From: an uncultured Candidatus Rokubacteria bacterium
Lineage (GTDB): Bacteria; Methylomirabilota; Methylomirabilia; Rokubacteriales; CSP1-6
Assembly: GCA_963771355.1 (NCBI GenBank)
Contig: CAVYTA010000005.1
Span: 416,001 to 480,000, forward strand
Direction: 5' to 3'
Length of the DNA: 64,000 bases
This document shows positions 37,281-48,412 of this stretch, piece after piece. The first letter of the stretch is position 1. Every line of letters begins with the position of its first letter. The translations under genes were made by a program, and so were the position numbers. The notes under the pieces are model-generated. The model worked only from the letters and a program-made list of their open reading frames with translations, was not told the origin of the DNA and searched no databases.

Positions 37281-38453
37281 TCACTCGGCATCGGGCTTGT
37301 CCTTGTGCCCCTCGCTGGAGAGGCGCGCGTCGTCACCGAACCGGGCGGGATTGAACAGCGAGAGGTCCATCGAGGGCTTACCGTCCAGTATCCACTCGGC
37401 CACCATGCGGCCGGTCATGGGGGAATGCTGGAAGCCGTGGCCGCCGAAGCCGACGGCGAGGAAGAAGCCCTCCACGCCGGGGGCGGGGCCGAGAATGGCG
37501 TGGTCGTCGGGGGTGAGCGGACGCAGGCCGGCCCAGCCGCCCGCGATCTTCGCGCGCTCGATCATGGGCAGGCGATGCACGGCCTTGGTGACGGTCTCGT
37601 CGAGCTTGCCCCAGTCCATGGGCACGATCTGGTCCTGGCCGATGTCCTCGACGTCGCCGGGGCTCAGCAGCACTTGCTCCATCTCCTTGCGGAAGTAGAA
37701 GCCGCTCGCCGGGTCGGTCGTGAGCGGCACCGGCCCGGGCAGGTCGGGAAAGGGCTCCGTGAAGAAGATGTGGCGACGGCGGGGAAAGACCGGCACGGTG
37801 ACGCCGGCCAGGCGGCCCACCCGCGCGGCCGTGGGGCCGGCCGCATTGATGACCACCGGCGCGGCGAGCTCCCCTTGGGAGGTCCGGACACCGCGCACTT
37901 TACCGTCCGCCACATCGATGGCCATCACCTCGATGCCTTCCACGATGCGGGCCCCCAGCTCGCGGCCCCGCTTGGCGAAGCCCTGGGTCACCTCGGCAGG
38001 GCCGGCCAGGCCATCCTGGGGGCCCCAGACGGCGGCGATCAGATCATCCACGCGGAGGGCGGGCACGATGGCCTGGGCCTCGGTGGGCTTGATGACGCGG
38101 ACGTCGACGCCGAGGCGCCGCTGCAGCGCGATGCGCGTCTCGAAGCCGCGCAGATCCTTCTCGTCCGAGATGAGGAAGAGATAGCCGATCTGCTTGAAGC
38201 CGGGATCGACGCCGAACTCCTCGGAGAAATTCTGGAGCACGCGCAGGCTCTCCAGCGAGAAGCGGATCTCCGTCTCCGTCGAGAACTGGGCGCGGATCCC
38301 GCCCGCGGCCTTGCTGGTGGTGCCGCTGCCCACGGTCTCGCGCTCGAGGACGACGACATCGCGCTGGCCGCGGCGAGCGAGGTGATAGGCGATGCTGCAG
38401 CCGACCACGCCGCCGCCGATGATGACCACGCTGGCGGTCTTGGGGAGGTCCAC
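37281..38453 (-). CDS. FAD-dependent oxidoreductase (DAO/sarcosine oxidase beta family)
   Basis: IIGGGVVG, GTTSKAAGGIR, WAGLRPLTPD, GFGGHGFQHSP. Confidence 0.9.
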   Translation of the reverse strand: MDLPKTASVVIIGGGVVGCSIAYHLARRGQRDVVVLERETVGSGTTSKAAGGIRAQFSTETEIRFSLESLRVLQNFSEEFGVDPGFKQIGYLFLISDEKDLRGFETRIALQRRLGVDVRVIKPTEAQAIVPALRVDDLIAAVWGPQDGLAGPAEVTQGFAKRGRELGARIVEGIEVMAIDVADGKVRGVRTSQGELAAPVVINAAGPTAARVGRLAGVTVPVFPRRRHIFFTEPFPDLPGPVPLTTDPASGFYFRKEMEQVLLSPGDVEDIGQDQIVPMDWGKLDETVTKAVHRLPMIERAKIAGGWAGLRPLTPDDHAILGPAPGVEGFFLAVGFGGHGFQHSPMTGRMVAEWILDGKPSMDLSLFNPARFGDDARLSSEGHKDKPDAE

Positions 38454-38742
38454 GGCTAGCGGTCAACCAGACGCAGACCCAGCGCTTGAGGGGCCATGGT
38501 GATCGTGAGCTGAATCATGTTCCCCGCCTCGTGGAGTGGAAGACGTTCGTTCGCTTCTTCGCCGCCAGACTTCCCTTCCGGTGAGGATAGTACAGCGACG
38601 AATTTGACGCGCCGGCTTGTTCTGCCCCAACCTCCGGCCGGCCGCGGGCCATTTGACACCACGCCTCTTTCGTCCGATCCTCGGGGCGCATCGAGCCACT
38701 CGCGGGGCAGCTCATGTCCGGGTGTACGCAAGGAGACCGCGC

Positions 38743-40011
38743 ATGAAAAAGACAGTCGGCGCGTTCGTCGTTCTGTTCGCCACCGTTCTCGTGATCGGAG
38801 GGGCCTGGGCCCAATCGCTGCCGACGGCGAAGCCGGAACAGGTTGGAATGTCGTCCGAGCGTCTCGCCCGTCTCGGGCCGGCACTGAAAGGGCAGATCGC
38901 CAACGAGCGGTTCCCGGGCGCAGTGGTGCTCGTCGCGCGCAAGGGCAAGGTCGTGTATTTCGAGACCGTCGGCCAGCGTGATCCGGCAACGGCCGCGCCG
39001 ATGACGAAGGACGCGATCTTCAGGCTCTACTCGATGACGAAGCCGTTCACGTCGGTGGCGGCGATGATCCTCGCCGAGGAAGGCAAGCTCCTCCTCGCTG
39101 ATCCGGTGTCCAAATATCTCCCTGAGCTCGCGAACCTGCAGGTCGCGCTCATGGAGACGACGGACGGCCAGACGACGTACCGGCTTGTACCCGCCGAACG
39201 TCCGATCACGATACAGGACCTGTTGCGGCACACCTCCGGCTTCGCCTACGCGAACAACACGCTGAACGAGCAGGTGAAGGCGGCATACGGGACGATCGGC
39301 GTCGACTGGCGGGACGTGACGCCGACCGAGCAGATCCAGCGGCTGGCGCAGGCGCCCTTGGCCCACCACCCCGGCACGATGTGGGAATACAGCCTCTCCA
39401 CCGACGTGCTGGGCCGCGTGGTCGAGAAGGCTTCGGGGATGACGCTCAGCGCGTTGCTCACCGAGCGGCTCTTCGTGCCGCTCAAGATGGCCGACACCGC
39501 GTTCCTCGTCCCGAGGGAGAAGGTGGGGCGGCTCGCGCAGCCGTTCGCCATCGACAAGGCGACCGGTAAGCCGATCACGCTGCTCGACGTCACGGTCGCG
39601 CAGAAGAACGACGCCGGCGGCGCCGGCACCGCCGGGACGACCGGCGACTACGCGCGCTTCGTCCAGATGCTGGCTAACGGTGGTCAACTGGACGGTACCC
39701 GGCTCCTCGGCCGGGCGACGGTGAACTACATGACGTCGGATCACCTGGGCACGATCAAGCCGGCGATCGCGCTGCTCCAGCCCGGGTACGGGTTTGGGCT
39801 CGGTTTCGCGGTCCGCAAGGAGACCGGCGTGAACTCAGTCCCCGGTTCCGCGGGCGAATACAACTGGGGCGGCGCCGCGGGCACCGGGTTCTGGATCGAT
39901 CCGAAGGAAGCGCTCATCTGCGTGCTCATGACCCAGACAGTGCCGGGACCGGCGCAACGCTATGACCGCGCGCTGGTTCGGCATCTCGTATACCAGGCGA
40001 TAGTCGAGTAG
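38743..40011 (+). CDS. Serine hydrolase (beta-lactamase class C-like), secreted
   Basis: Signal peptide, YSMTK (SxxK), LLRHTSG, WEYS, WGGAAGT. Confidence 0.9.
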   Translation: MKKTVGAFVVLFATVLVIGGAWAQSLPTAKPEQVGMSSERLARLGPALKGQIANERFPGAVVLVARKGKVVYFETVGQRDPATAAPMTKDAIFRLYSMTKPFTSVAAMILAEEGKLLLADPVSKYLPELANLQVALMETTDGQTTYRLVPAERPITIQDLLRHTSGFAYANNTLNEQVKAAYGTIGVDWRDVTPTEQIQRLAQAPLAHHPGTMWEYSLSTDVLGRVVEKASGMTLSALLTERLFVPLKMADTAFLVPREKVGRLAQPFAIDKATGKPITLLDVTVAQKNDAGGAGTAGTTGDYARFVQMLANGGQLDGTRLLGRATVNYMTSDHLGTIKPAIALLQPGYGFGLGFAVRKETGVNSVPGSAGEYNWGGAAGTGFWIDPKEALICVLMTQTVPGPAQRYDRALVRHLVYQAIVE

Positions 40012-40039
40012 CACGCGACCAGAGGGGAGCGACGGGGGC

Positions 40040-42008
40040 TCAGATCGCCCGCGCCACGCGGGTGCCTTCGAGGATCGCCTGGTGGACGCCGCGGGGCGCC
40101 ACGCAATCGCCGATCGCGTGCAGGGCGCGCACCTTGCCTTTGAGAGCCCGGTAGAGGGCGTCGGTGGACCGACTGCCCATGGACAGTACCACCGTGTCGA
40201 CGGCCTCGAGCCGCCGCTCGGCCCGCGTGTACGTGTTGGCGACCACCACCGTCGAGCCCTCCACCGCGACCAGATCGGTGTGCGGGGTGAAGGTCACGCC
40301 CTTGGCGAAGAGCCGGGCGTACAGGGGCGCGATCGAGGTCACCCCCACGTCCTGGCCGGCGTAGAAGAGCCGCGAGATCACCTCGACGCGGCGGCCGCGG
40401 TCGAGAAGGTACTCGGCCGTGGACAGGCCCTGCTGCGTGTGCACGTCGTCCACCACGACCACCCGCTCGCCGACCTCGGCGCGATCGAGGAGGACGTCCC
40501 GGTCGGTCACCACGTGCTTGCCGTCGAGCCCGGGGAGGGCGGCGACATGGGGATGGGATCCGGTGGCGATGATGACGACCTCGGGTGCCTCGGCCAGGAC
40601 CGTGTCCACGCTCGCCTCCACCCGCAGCCGGCAGTCGACGCCGAGCTTGTCCACCTGCCGGGCCAGGAAACGGAGGATGCCGGCGTATTCGGCGCGCGCC
40701 GGCGCGCGGGCGGCGATCAGCACTTGCCCCCCGACCTCGGGCTCGCGCTCGAGGATGACCACGCGATGGCCACGGAGCGCGGCCATCCGGGCCGCCTCGA
40801 GCCCGGCGACGCCGGCACCGACCACGACGACGCGCCGGGAAACCGCCGCCGGGACCGGCTCGTCCAGCTCCGTTTCTCGGCCCGTTCCGGGGTTCTGGAT
40901 GCAGGTGACCGGCTTGCCCTGATAGATCCGGTCGATGCACCCCTCGTTGGCCCCGACACAGAGGCGCACGTCGTCGATCCGTCCCTCCCTGACCTTGCGC
41001 GGCAGGTCGGGATCGGCGATCAACGCGCGCGTCATCCCGACCAAGTCGATGGACCCATCGGCGAGGATCTGGTCGGCGTGGACGGGATCGACGATCCGGC
41101 CGGCGTGCAAGATCGGCATTCCGGGCACCGCCCGCCTTGATGGCCGCCGCGATCGGGAGAAAGACGCCCTGCGGCCAGGCCATGTTCGGCACGGCGGCGG
41201 CCTGCAGGGGCAGGGTGTGCGCGCCACCGCCGATGATCGAGAGAAAGTCCACGAGCCCGGAGGCGGCGAGCCGGCGGGCGATCTCCGCCATGTCGCTCGC
41301 CCCGAGGCCGCCGGCAGTCATCTCGTCGCCCGAGATCCGGGCCCCCACCACCCAGTCCTGCCCGACCTGACGCCGGATCTCGCGGAGCACCTCGAATCCG
41401 AAGCGCATGCGGTTCTCGAGGCTCCCGCCGTACTCGTCCGTCCGCTGGTTGAAGAGCGGCGACCAGAACTGATCCACGAGGTGGTTGTGGGCGAAGGACA
41501 GCTCCACCCCGTCCAGGCCGCCCTCGCGGCAGCGCCGCGTCGCGTCCCCGAACGCCCGCACCAGCATGGCGATCTGCTCGGGCTCGATCTCGTGGGGCAC
41601 TTCCCGGTGGACCTTCTCGGGAATCTGCGAGGGCGCCAGCAGCACGTGCCAGCTCTCGACGTCGGACTGGGACCTCCGTCCCATGTGCGTGAGCTGGCTC
41701 ATGATCCGGCAGTCGTGGCGGTGGACAGCCTCCGCGACGCCGCGATAGCCCGCGATGACAGAGTCGTCGTGGTTGGCGATCATGTTCCAGGCGCTCGCGG
41801 GCGAGGACGGGTGGACGCTGGTCGAGCCGCCGATGATCGTGAGGGCGGCGCCGCCGCGAGCCTTGGCTTCGTGGTAGGCGCGGAGGCGCGCGCCGGGCTT
41901 GCCGTCCTCCGCCATCGCCTCGGCGTGTCCGGTCGAGAAGATGCGGTTCTTGAGCGTGAGACCGCCCACCCGCAGCGGCGTGAACAGGTGGCGAAACTCG
42001 TGCGGCAT
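40040..42008 (-). CDS. NADH:flavin oxidoreductase (OYE/FadH-like), one frameshift near 41132
   Basis: LKNRIFST, RTDEYGGSLENR, then CVGANEGC, VVGAGVAG, IGDCVAPR in the adjacent frame. Confidence 0.85.
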
Positions 42009-42287
42009 GGGACCCTCCTTGACGGGCGCTCGACGCGAATGGCTTCCTCCGACGGCCTGAGCATGGACGGGAGCGGACTCCGCGTCAACGGCGGGGGCCC
42101 GTTGGGGCAATCGAGCAAGTGGGCGAGACCAGCCAGGTGCAAGAGCTCGCCCGCTCCCCGCGCTTGCCCACTCGCGATCTCCAGCCTGAGACTGTCCGCG
42201 CGCCATATTGCCCTGCTATGGGTACGTGGTCAAGAAGCGGCGGAAGGGTGGGGCTGCGGGCCCGGGGGGGCGCCCGCGCATCCAGAC

Positions 42288-42316
42288 TTGACGCCCATCA
42301 CCGCCCCGGCCATATT
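42288..42316 (+). promoter_or_regulatory. Sigma70-type promoter
   Basis: TTGACG-17 nt-CATATT, 18 nt before ATG 42335. Confidence 0.5.
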
Positions 42317-42334
42317 TCTTTCCACGAGCCGAGC

Positions 42335-43669
42335 ATGTCTTCACCGCCCAAGACCCAGTACACGAAGAGCGGCGATGTCCACATCGCCTATCAGGTGACG
42401 GGCGCCGGGCCGCTGGATCTCGTCTTTGTCCCTGGCTTCGTGTCCCACCTCGAATACCAGTGGGAGTATCCCGAGTCGGCTCGCTTCTTCGAGCGGCTGG
42501 CCTCTTTTTCCCGTCTCATTCGCTTCGACAAGCGCGGGACTGGACTGTCCGACCGGGTTGGCGGTATCCCGTCGCTCGAGCAGCGCATGGACGACGTGCG
42601 GGCGGTCATGGACGCGGTCGGCTCCGACCGGGCGGCTCTGTTCGGCATCTCCGAGGGGGGACCCATGTCGCTGCTCTTCGCCGCGACCTATCCCGCCCGC
42701 ACCGCGGCCCTCGTGATCTACGGCTCTTACGCCCGCCGGGCCTGGGCTGTCGATCATACCTTCGGGCGCACCGTCGAGGATATGGATCGAGTCTTGGACA
42801 CGATTGAGCGTGAATGGGGCGGACCCGTGGGGATGGACATCTGGGCGCCGAGCATGATCGGCGACGAGCGCCTCCGTCACTGGTGGGCCAACTATCTGCG
42901 CCTCGCCGCGAGCCCGGGCGCTGCGATGAACACCATGAGGATGAACATGGAGATCGACGTCCGGCACGTCCTGCCTTCAGTCCGGGTGCCGACGCTCATT
43001 GTCCATCGGACCGGGGATCGCCTCACATTCGTCGAACAGGGACGTTATCTTGCCGAACGCATTCCCGGCGCGCGGTTGGCCGAGCTGCCCGGCGATGATC
43101 ACATGCCATTTCTGGACAGCGATCAGATCATCGACGAGGTCGAGGAGTTTCTGACCGGCACCCGGCAGGTGGCCGAGACCGATCGCGTGCTGGCAACCGT
43201 GCTCTTCACTGACATCGCGGGCTCCACCGAGCGTGCGGCCGCACTCGGGGACCGGCGCTGGCGCGACGTGCTGGCCGGCTACTATGGGACGGCCCGCCGC
43301 GAGCTGGCCCGCTTTCGAGGGCGGGAAGTGGATACGGCGGGGGATGGTCTCTTTGCGGCCTTCGACGGTCCTGCCCGCGCGGTACGCTGTGCAGAAGCCA
43401 TCAGCGCCGGCGTTCGTTCCCTTGGTATCGAGGTGCGGGCGGGGTTGCACACGGGCGAGTGCGAGATGATTGGCGACAAGGTTGGCGGAATCGCCGTCCA
43501 CATCGGCGCCCGCGTGGCGTCCCTGGCTCGTCCCGGCGAAGTCCTCGTCTCGAACACCGTCAAGGATCTGGTCGCGGGCTCGGGCCTGACCTTCACCGAG
43601 CGCGGCGTGCACGCCCTCAAGGGCGTGCCGGGCGAGTGGCCTCTCTTTGCGGTGACGCAAGCCCGTTGA
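42335..43669 (+). CDS. Alpha/beta hydrolase-adenylate cyclase fusion (LipJ/Rv1900c-like)
   Basis: FDKRGTGLSD, GISEGG nucleophile elbow; VLFTDIAGST, DTAGDG, AVHIGAR. Confidence 0.9.
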   Translation: MSSPPKTQYTKSGDVHIAYQVTGAGPLDLVFVPGFVSHLEYQWEYPESARFFERLASFSRLIRFDKRGTGLSDRVGGIPSLEQRMDDVRAVMDAVGSDRAALFGISEGGPMSLLFAATYPARTAALVIYGSYARRAWAVDHTFGRTVEDMDRVLDTIEREWGGPVGMDIWAPSMIGDERLRHWWANYLRLAASPGAAMNTMRMNMEIDVRHVLPSVRVPTLIVHRTGDRLTFVEQGRYLAERIPGARLAELPGDDHMPFLDSDQIIDEVEEFLTGTRQVAETDRVLATVLFTDIAGSTERAAALGDRRWRDVLAGYYGTARRELARFRGREVDTAGDGLFAAFDGPARAVRCAEAISAGVRSLGIEVRAGLHTGECEMIGDKVGGIAVHIGARVASLARPGEVLVSNTVKDLVAGSGLTFTERGVHALKGVPGEWPLFAVTQAR

Positions 43670-43757
43670 GGAGATCGTCGTCTTGACCGGAGGTTGTGAG
43701 CTGCCATACACTTCGACCACGCAATGTGGCGCGACGTTGTACACCTGGGGAGGAATC

Positions 43758-44009
43758 ATGCCGCTCTATCTCGACGTGCATAACAAGATCGACGGGTTGA
43801 CCGGTGACGCGGTGAAGGGCGCACACGAAAAGGATTTGCAGGTCCAGCACAAGCACAACGTCAACTACATTCGCTACTGGTACGACGAGGGCACGGGCAA
43901 GGTGTTCTGCCTCGTGGAGGCTCCCAGCAAGGAGGCCGCGGAAGCCGTTCACCGCGAGGCTCACGGTCTTGTGGCCGACGAGATCATCGAGGTGAAGGAA
44001 GGCTCATAG
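43758..44009 (+). CDS. DUF4242 / SCO4226-like nickel-binding protein
   Basis: YLDVH, AHEKDL, YWYDE..GKVFCL, VHREAHG; own promoter-like TTGACC-18-TACACT at 43683-43712. Confidence 0.85.
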   Translation: MPLYLDVHNKIDGLTGDAVKGAHEKDLQVQHKHNVNYIRYWYDEGTGKVFCLVEAPSKEAAEAVHREAHGLVADEIIEVKEGS

Positions 44010-44033
44010 CGGCGCCCAGCACCGCTCGGTCCG

Positions 44034-47000
44034 ATGCTCTGCCCTCGCTGCCGGCAACCCAATCCGCCCGCGGCCAGGTTCTGCAGCAACTGCGGCGCCA
44101 ACCTCGCGGTGGCGTGCCCGGCGTGCGGGTCTGGCAACGCCCCGGGTAGCCGCTTCTGCAATGAGTGTGGTGAGGCGCTGAGCTCCCCGGCAGCGGCGCC
44201 GCGCGTCGCGCCGGAGTCGTACACGCCGAAGCACCTCGCCGCCCGCATCCTGACTTCCCGCGGCGCGCTGGAAGGCGAGCGCAAGCAGGTGACCGTTCTC
44301 TTCGCCGACCTCAAGGGATCCATGGAGCTGCTCGCCGAGCGTGACCCCGAGGAGGCGCGCCACCTGCTCGACCCCGTCCTGGAGCGCATGATGGAGGCCG
44401 TCCACCACTACGAAGGCACCGTCAACCAGGTCATGGGCGACGGCATCATGGCCCTCTTCGGCGCCCCGCTCGCCCACGAAGATCACGCGCTCCGCGCCTG
44501 CTACGCGGCTCTCCGCATGCAAGAGCGGGTGCGCCGCTACGGCGACGAGATGCAGCGTGCGCATGGCGTTCCCATCCAGATCCGGGTCGGCCTCAATTCC
44601 GGCGACGTGCTGGTGCGGGCGATCGGTAGCGACCTCCACATGGACTACTCCGCGGTGGGCCAGACCACCCACCTCGCCGCCCGCATGGAGCAGATGGCGA
44701 AGCCGGATTCGGTCCTGCTGACGGCCGCCACCCTCCGCCTCGTCGAGGGGCACGTCCGGGTGAAATCGCTCGGCCCCGTGGCCATCAAGGGGCTCGGCGA
44801 GCCCGTGGAAGTGCTCGAGCTTACCGGTCTCGCGGCGACGCGGACGCGTCTGCAGGTCGCCGCGGCCCGCGGGCTGACCCGCTTCGTCGGACGCGACGGG
44901 GAGCTGGAGCAGCTGCGCATCGCCCTCGAGCGGGCCCGCGCCGGCCATGGCCAGGTGGTTGCCATTGTCGGCGAGCCCGGCGTGGGCAAATCTCGGCTGG
45001 TCTGGGAGCTGGCTCACTCTCACCGGACGGCCGACTGGGTGGTGCTCGAGTCCAGCTCCGTCTCCTACGGCAAGGCGACGACCTTCCTGCCGGTGATCGA
45101 TCTCCTCCGCGCCTACTTCGGGGTCGAGGATCGGGACGATCCCCGACGCGTGCGCGAGAAGCTCATCGGCAAGCTCCTGGCGCTCGACGAGGCGCTCCGG
45201 CCCTCGGTTCCGGCGCTGGAGGCCGTCCTGGAGCTTCCGGTGGAGGACGCCGCATGGGCGAGCGTGGGCGCCGACCAGCGCCGGCGGCGCGTGATCGACG
45301 CCGTCAAACACGTGTTGCTGCGCGAGAGTCAAACGCAGCCCCTGCTGGTCATCTTCGAGGACCTCCACTGGGTCGATGGCGACACGCAGGCGCTGCTCGA
45401 CGCCCTCGTCGAGAGCGTGCCGTCGCACCGGCTGCTCTTGCTCGTCAACTACCGGCCCGAGTACCGGCATGGCTGGGGCGGCAAGAGCTACTACCAGCAG
45501 CTCCGTCTCGACCCGCTCGGGCCGGAAACCGCCGAGTCGCTCCTCGCCAGCCTTCTCGGCACGGACCCGACGCTGTCGTCGCTCAGGTCCGTCCTGATCG
45601 AGCGAGCGCAGGGGAACCCGCTCTTTCTCGAGGAGAGCGTACGCGCGCTGTCGGAGACGGGTGTCCTGGCCGGCGAGCGCGGCACCTACCGACTGGCGAG
45701 GTCCTTTCACGTCGCGCAGATGCCGGCCACCGTTCAGGCCATCCTTGCGGCGCGGATCGACCGCCTCCCGCCGGAGGACAAGGCGCTGCTCCAGACGGCA
45801 TCGGTCATCGGCAAGGACGTGCCCCTCACTCTGCTGCAGGCGATCACCGTCGTCCCCGAGAACGATCTCATGGCGACGCTCGAGCGATTGCAGTCCGCGG
45901 AGTTTCTTTATGAGACGCAGCTCTTGCCCGACGCCGAGTACACCTTCAAGCACGCCCTCACCCACGAGGTCGCCTATGCGAGCCTGGTGGGGGAGCGACG
46001 GCGCGCCCTGCACGCGAGCGTCGTCGACGCGATCGAACGCCTCTATCCCGATCGGCTGGCCGAGTATCACGACCGGCTGGTCCACCACTCCTTCCGGGGC
46101 GAGATCTGGAACAAGGCCCTTACCTACCTGAGAGAGCTGGGTGAGGTCCCGTCCGTGGCTGAGATCGACCAGGTGATCGGCATGGGTCCGGAGAACCCGG
46201 GCCAGCTCTGGTGGGCCGGCGAGCATGAGCGCGCGGTCAAGGCCGCCGAGCGGGACATGGCCGTCGGCGCCTCGTTCGGGAACTTCTCCATGCGAGTCGT
46301 GGCCGGCTGCCGCCTCGCTCAGGCTCACCACGCACTCGGCAAGTATGGGCGGGCGGTGGAGCTATTCCGCCAGACGGTCGGCCTCCCTCGAGGGAGACCT
46401 CGTCCACGAGCGCTTCGGCATGGCGGCTTTTCCATCGGTGTGGGCGCGCTCCTGGCTTGCCTGGTCCCTGGCGGAGCGTGGCGAGTTCGCCGAGGGCGCG
46501 GCCATCAGCGAGGAGGCCGTCGCGGATCGCCGAGTCGGGCGACCACCCCTACAGCCAGGTGCAGGCCGGCTTCGGGCTGGGGATGGTCTACGCGATCCAG
46601 GGTCGACCCGAGCTGGCGATCCCGGCCCTGGAGCAGGGGTTGGTCGTCGCGCGGCTCGAGAAGATCCACTTCCTGGTGCCCTTCATTACCGGGCCGCTCG
46701 GCGCCGTGTACGCCAGGGCGGGCGAGCTCGACCACGCGGTCACCATGCTGGAACAGACGGTCGAGCAAGCCGTCACGATGCGGCTCGTGGCCAACCACGC
46801 GCTCCGGCTGGTCTGGCTGGGCGAAGCCTATCTCCTCGCCGGCCGACCGGCCTCGGCCCTCGACGTGGCTCGCCGCGCCCTGCAGACCGCGGAGGAGCGG
46901 CACGAGAGCGGCCAGCGCGCGTACGCCCACCGGCTTCTCGGGGACATCGCCGCCAGTGCCAACGAATCGGACGCGGCGCAGGCGGCCTACCGCGAGGCGT

Positions 47001-47185
47001 TGGCGCTCAGCGAAGCCCTTGCGATGCGGCCCCTTGTCGCCCACGCTCATCATGGACTCGGAACCCTGGCGTACCGAACGGGAAGACCGGACGAGGCCAA
47101 GGCGAGCCTCGCCGTTGCCGCGACGATGTACCGCGAGATGGACATGCGCTTCTGGCTGGAGAAAGTGGAAGCACGATTGAGGTGA
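44034..47185 (+). CDS. Double zinc ribbon + class III cyclase + STAND AAA + TPR protein (frameshifts near 46381 and 46523)
   Basis: CxxC x4, LFADLKGS, GEPGVGKS, FEDLHW; TPR region continues in two further frames to REMDMRFWL. Confidence 0.85.
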
Positions 47186-47211
47186 GCCCGGGTATGGTCT
47201 GCTCCTGATCC

Positions 47212-48402
47212 ATGAAGGTGCTCGTGCTCAATGCGGGGAGCTCCTCACTCAAGCTCCGGCTCTTCGACCTCACCGGTGCTGCGTCCCCAGTCCGGGCGCT
47301 CGCTCGCGGCGCGATCGAGCGCATCGGCGGGCAGGGGACGGCGACGTTCGAGGCGGAGGGCGGGCCGTCTCGGAGCGAGACCGTGGAAGCTCCCGATCAC
47401 GCCGACGCGGTCCAACGAGCGCTCGACTGGGTGCGGTCCCTTGGCCAGGGGGGGATCGACGCCGTCGGCCACCGGGTCGTTCATGGCGGGGAGCGGTTCA
47501 CGGCACCCGCCCGCATCGACGATGAGGTGGTGAGCGCGGTCGAGGCGCTCGAGGAGCTCGCGCCGCTCCACAACCGGCCGAGCCTCGAGGCCGTCGGCGC
47601 GTGCCGGCGTATTCTCGGACCCTCGGTGCCGATGGTGGCGGTCTTCGACACCGCGTTTCACGCGACGCTGCCCGAGCACGCGCGCCGGTACGCGATCCCC
47701 TGGGACCTCGCGTCGAAGCACGGGATCCGGCGCTACGGATTCCACGGTACCTCGTACCGCTCGGTGCTCTCCCGCTACGCCGAGCTCACGGGCACGCCGG
47801 CCGAGCGGGCGACGCTCGTCGCACTCCATCTCGGGGCCGGCTGCTCCGCGGCGGCCATCCGGGCCGGACAGTCCGTCGACACCTCGATGGGCCTCACGCC
47901 GCTCGAGGGCCTGGTGATGGGCACGCGCGCCGGAGACCTTGATCCCGCGATCGTGAGCTACCTGGCGCGCGCCGAGCGCACGTCCGCGGACGAGGTCGTG
48001 CAATGGCTGAACGAGCGGTCCGGCTTGCTCGGGATCTCCGGCCGGAGCCGCGACGTGCGGGACCTCGCGTCGAGCGACGATCCGCGGGCGCGACTCGCCG
48101 TCCAGATGTTCTGCTACCGTGCCCGCAAGTACCTCGGCGCCTACCTGGCCGCGCTCGGGGGCGCCTCGGCGGTCGTGTTCACCGGGGGTATCGGCGAGCA
48201 CTCCCCCGAGGTACGGGCGGAGATCTGCCGCGGCATGGAGTGGTGCGGGCTTGCGATCGACGCCGAGCGGAACCGGGCCACGGTTGGTCGCCAGGCGGCG
48301 ATCGGCGCCGTCGGCGCCCGCATCGGCGCCTTCGTGATCCCGACCGACGAGGAGATCGTCATCGCCCGCGATACGGTTGCACTGCTGGAAGGAACGGGGT
48401 GA
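47212..48402 (+). CDS. ackA: Acetate kinase
   Basis: VLNAGSSSLK, GHRVVHGG, APLHN, FDTAFH, FTGGIGE, IPTDEE. Confidence 0.95.
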   Translation: MKVLVLNAGSSSLKLRLFDLTGAASPVRALARGAIERIGGQGTATFEAEGGPSRSETVEAPDHADAVQRALDWVRSLGQGGIDAVGHRVVHGGERFTAPARIDDEVVSAVEALEELAPLHNRPSLEAVGACRRILGPSVPMVAVFDTAFHATLPEHARRYAIPWDLASKHGIRRYGFHGTSYRSVLSRYAELTGTPAERATLVALHLGAGCSAAAIRAGQSVDTSMGLTPLEGLVMGTRAGDLDPAIVSYLARAERTSADEVVQWLNERSGLLGISGRSRDVRDLASSDDPRARLAVQMFCYRARKYLGAYLAALGGASAVVFTGGIGEHSPEVRAEICRGMEWCGLAIDAERNRATVGRQAAIGAVGARIGAFVIPTDEEIVIARDTVALLEGTG

Positions 48403-48412
48403 GCATGACCTC

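Noticed and set aside
41125..41140. Programmed ribosomal frameshift in the OYE gene (likewise at 46381, 46523, 36873)
   Set aside because: No slippery heptamer; single extra bases, mostly in short G/C runs, fit sequencing error.
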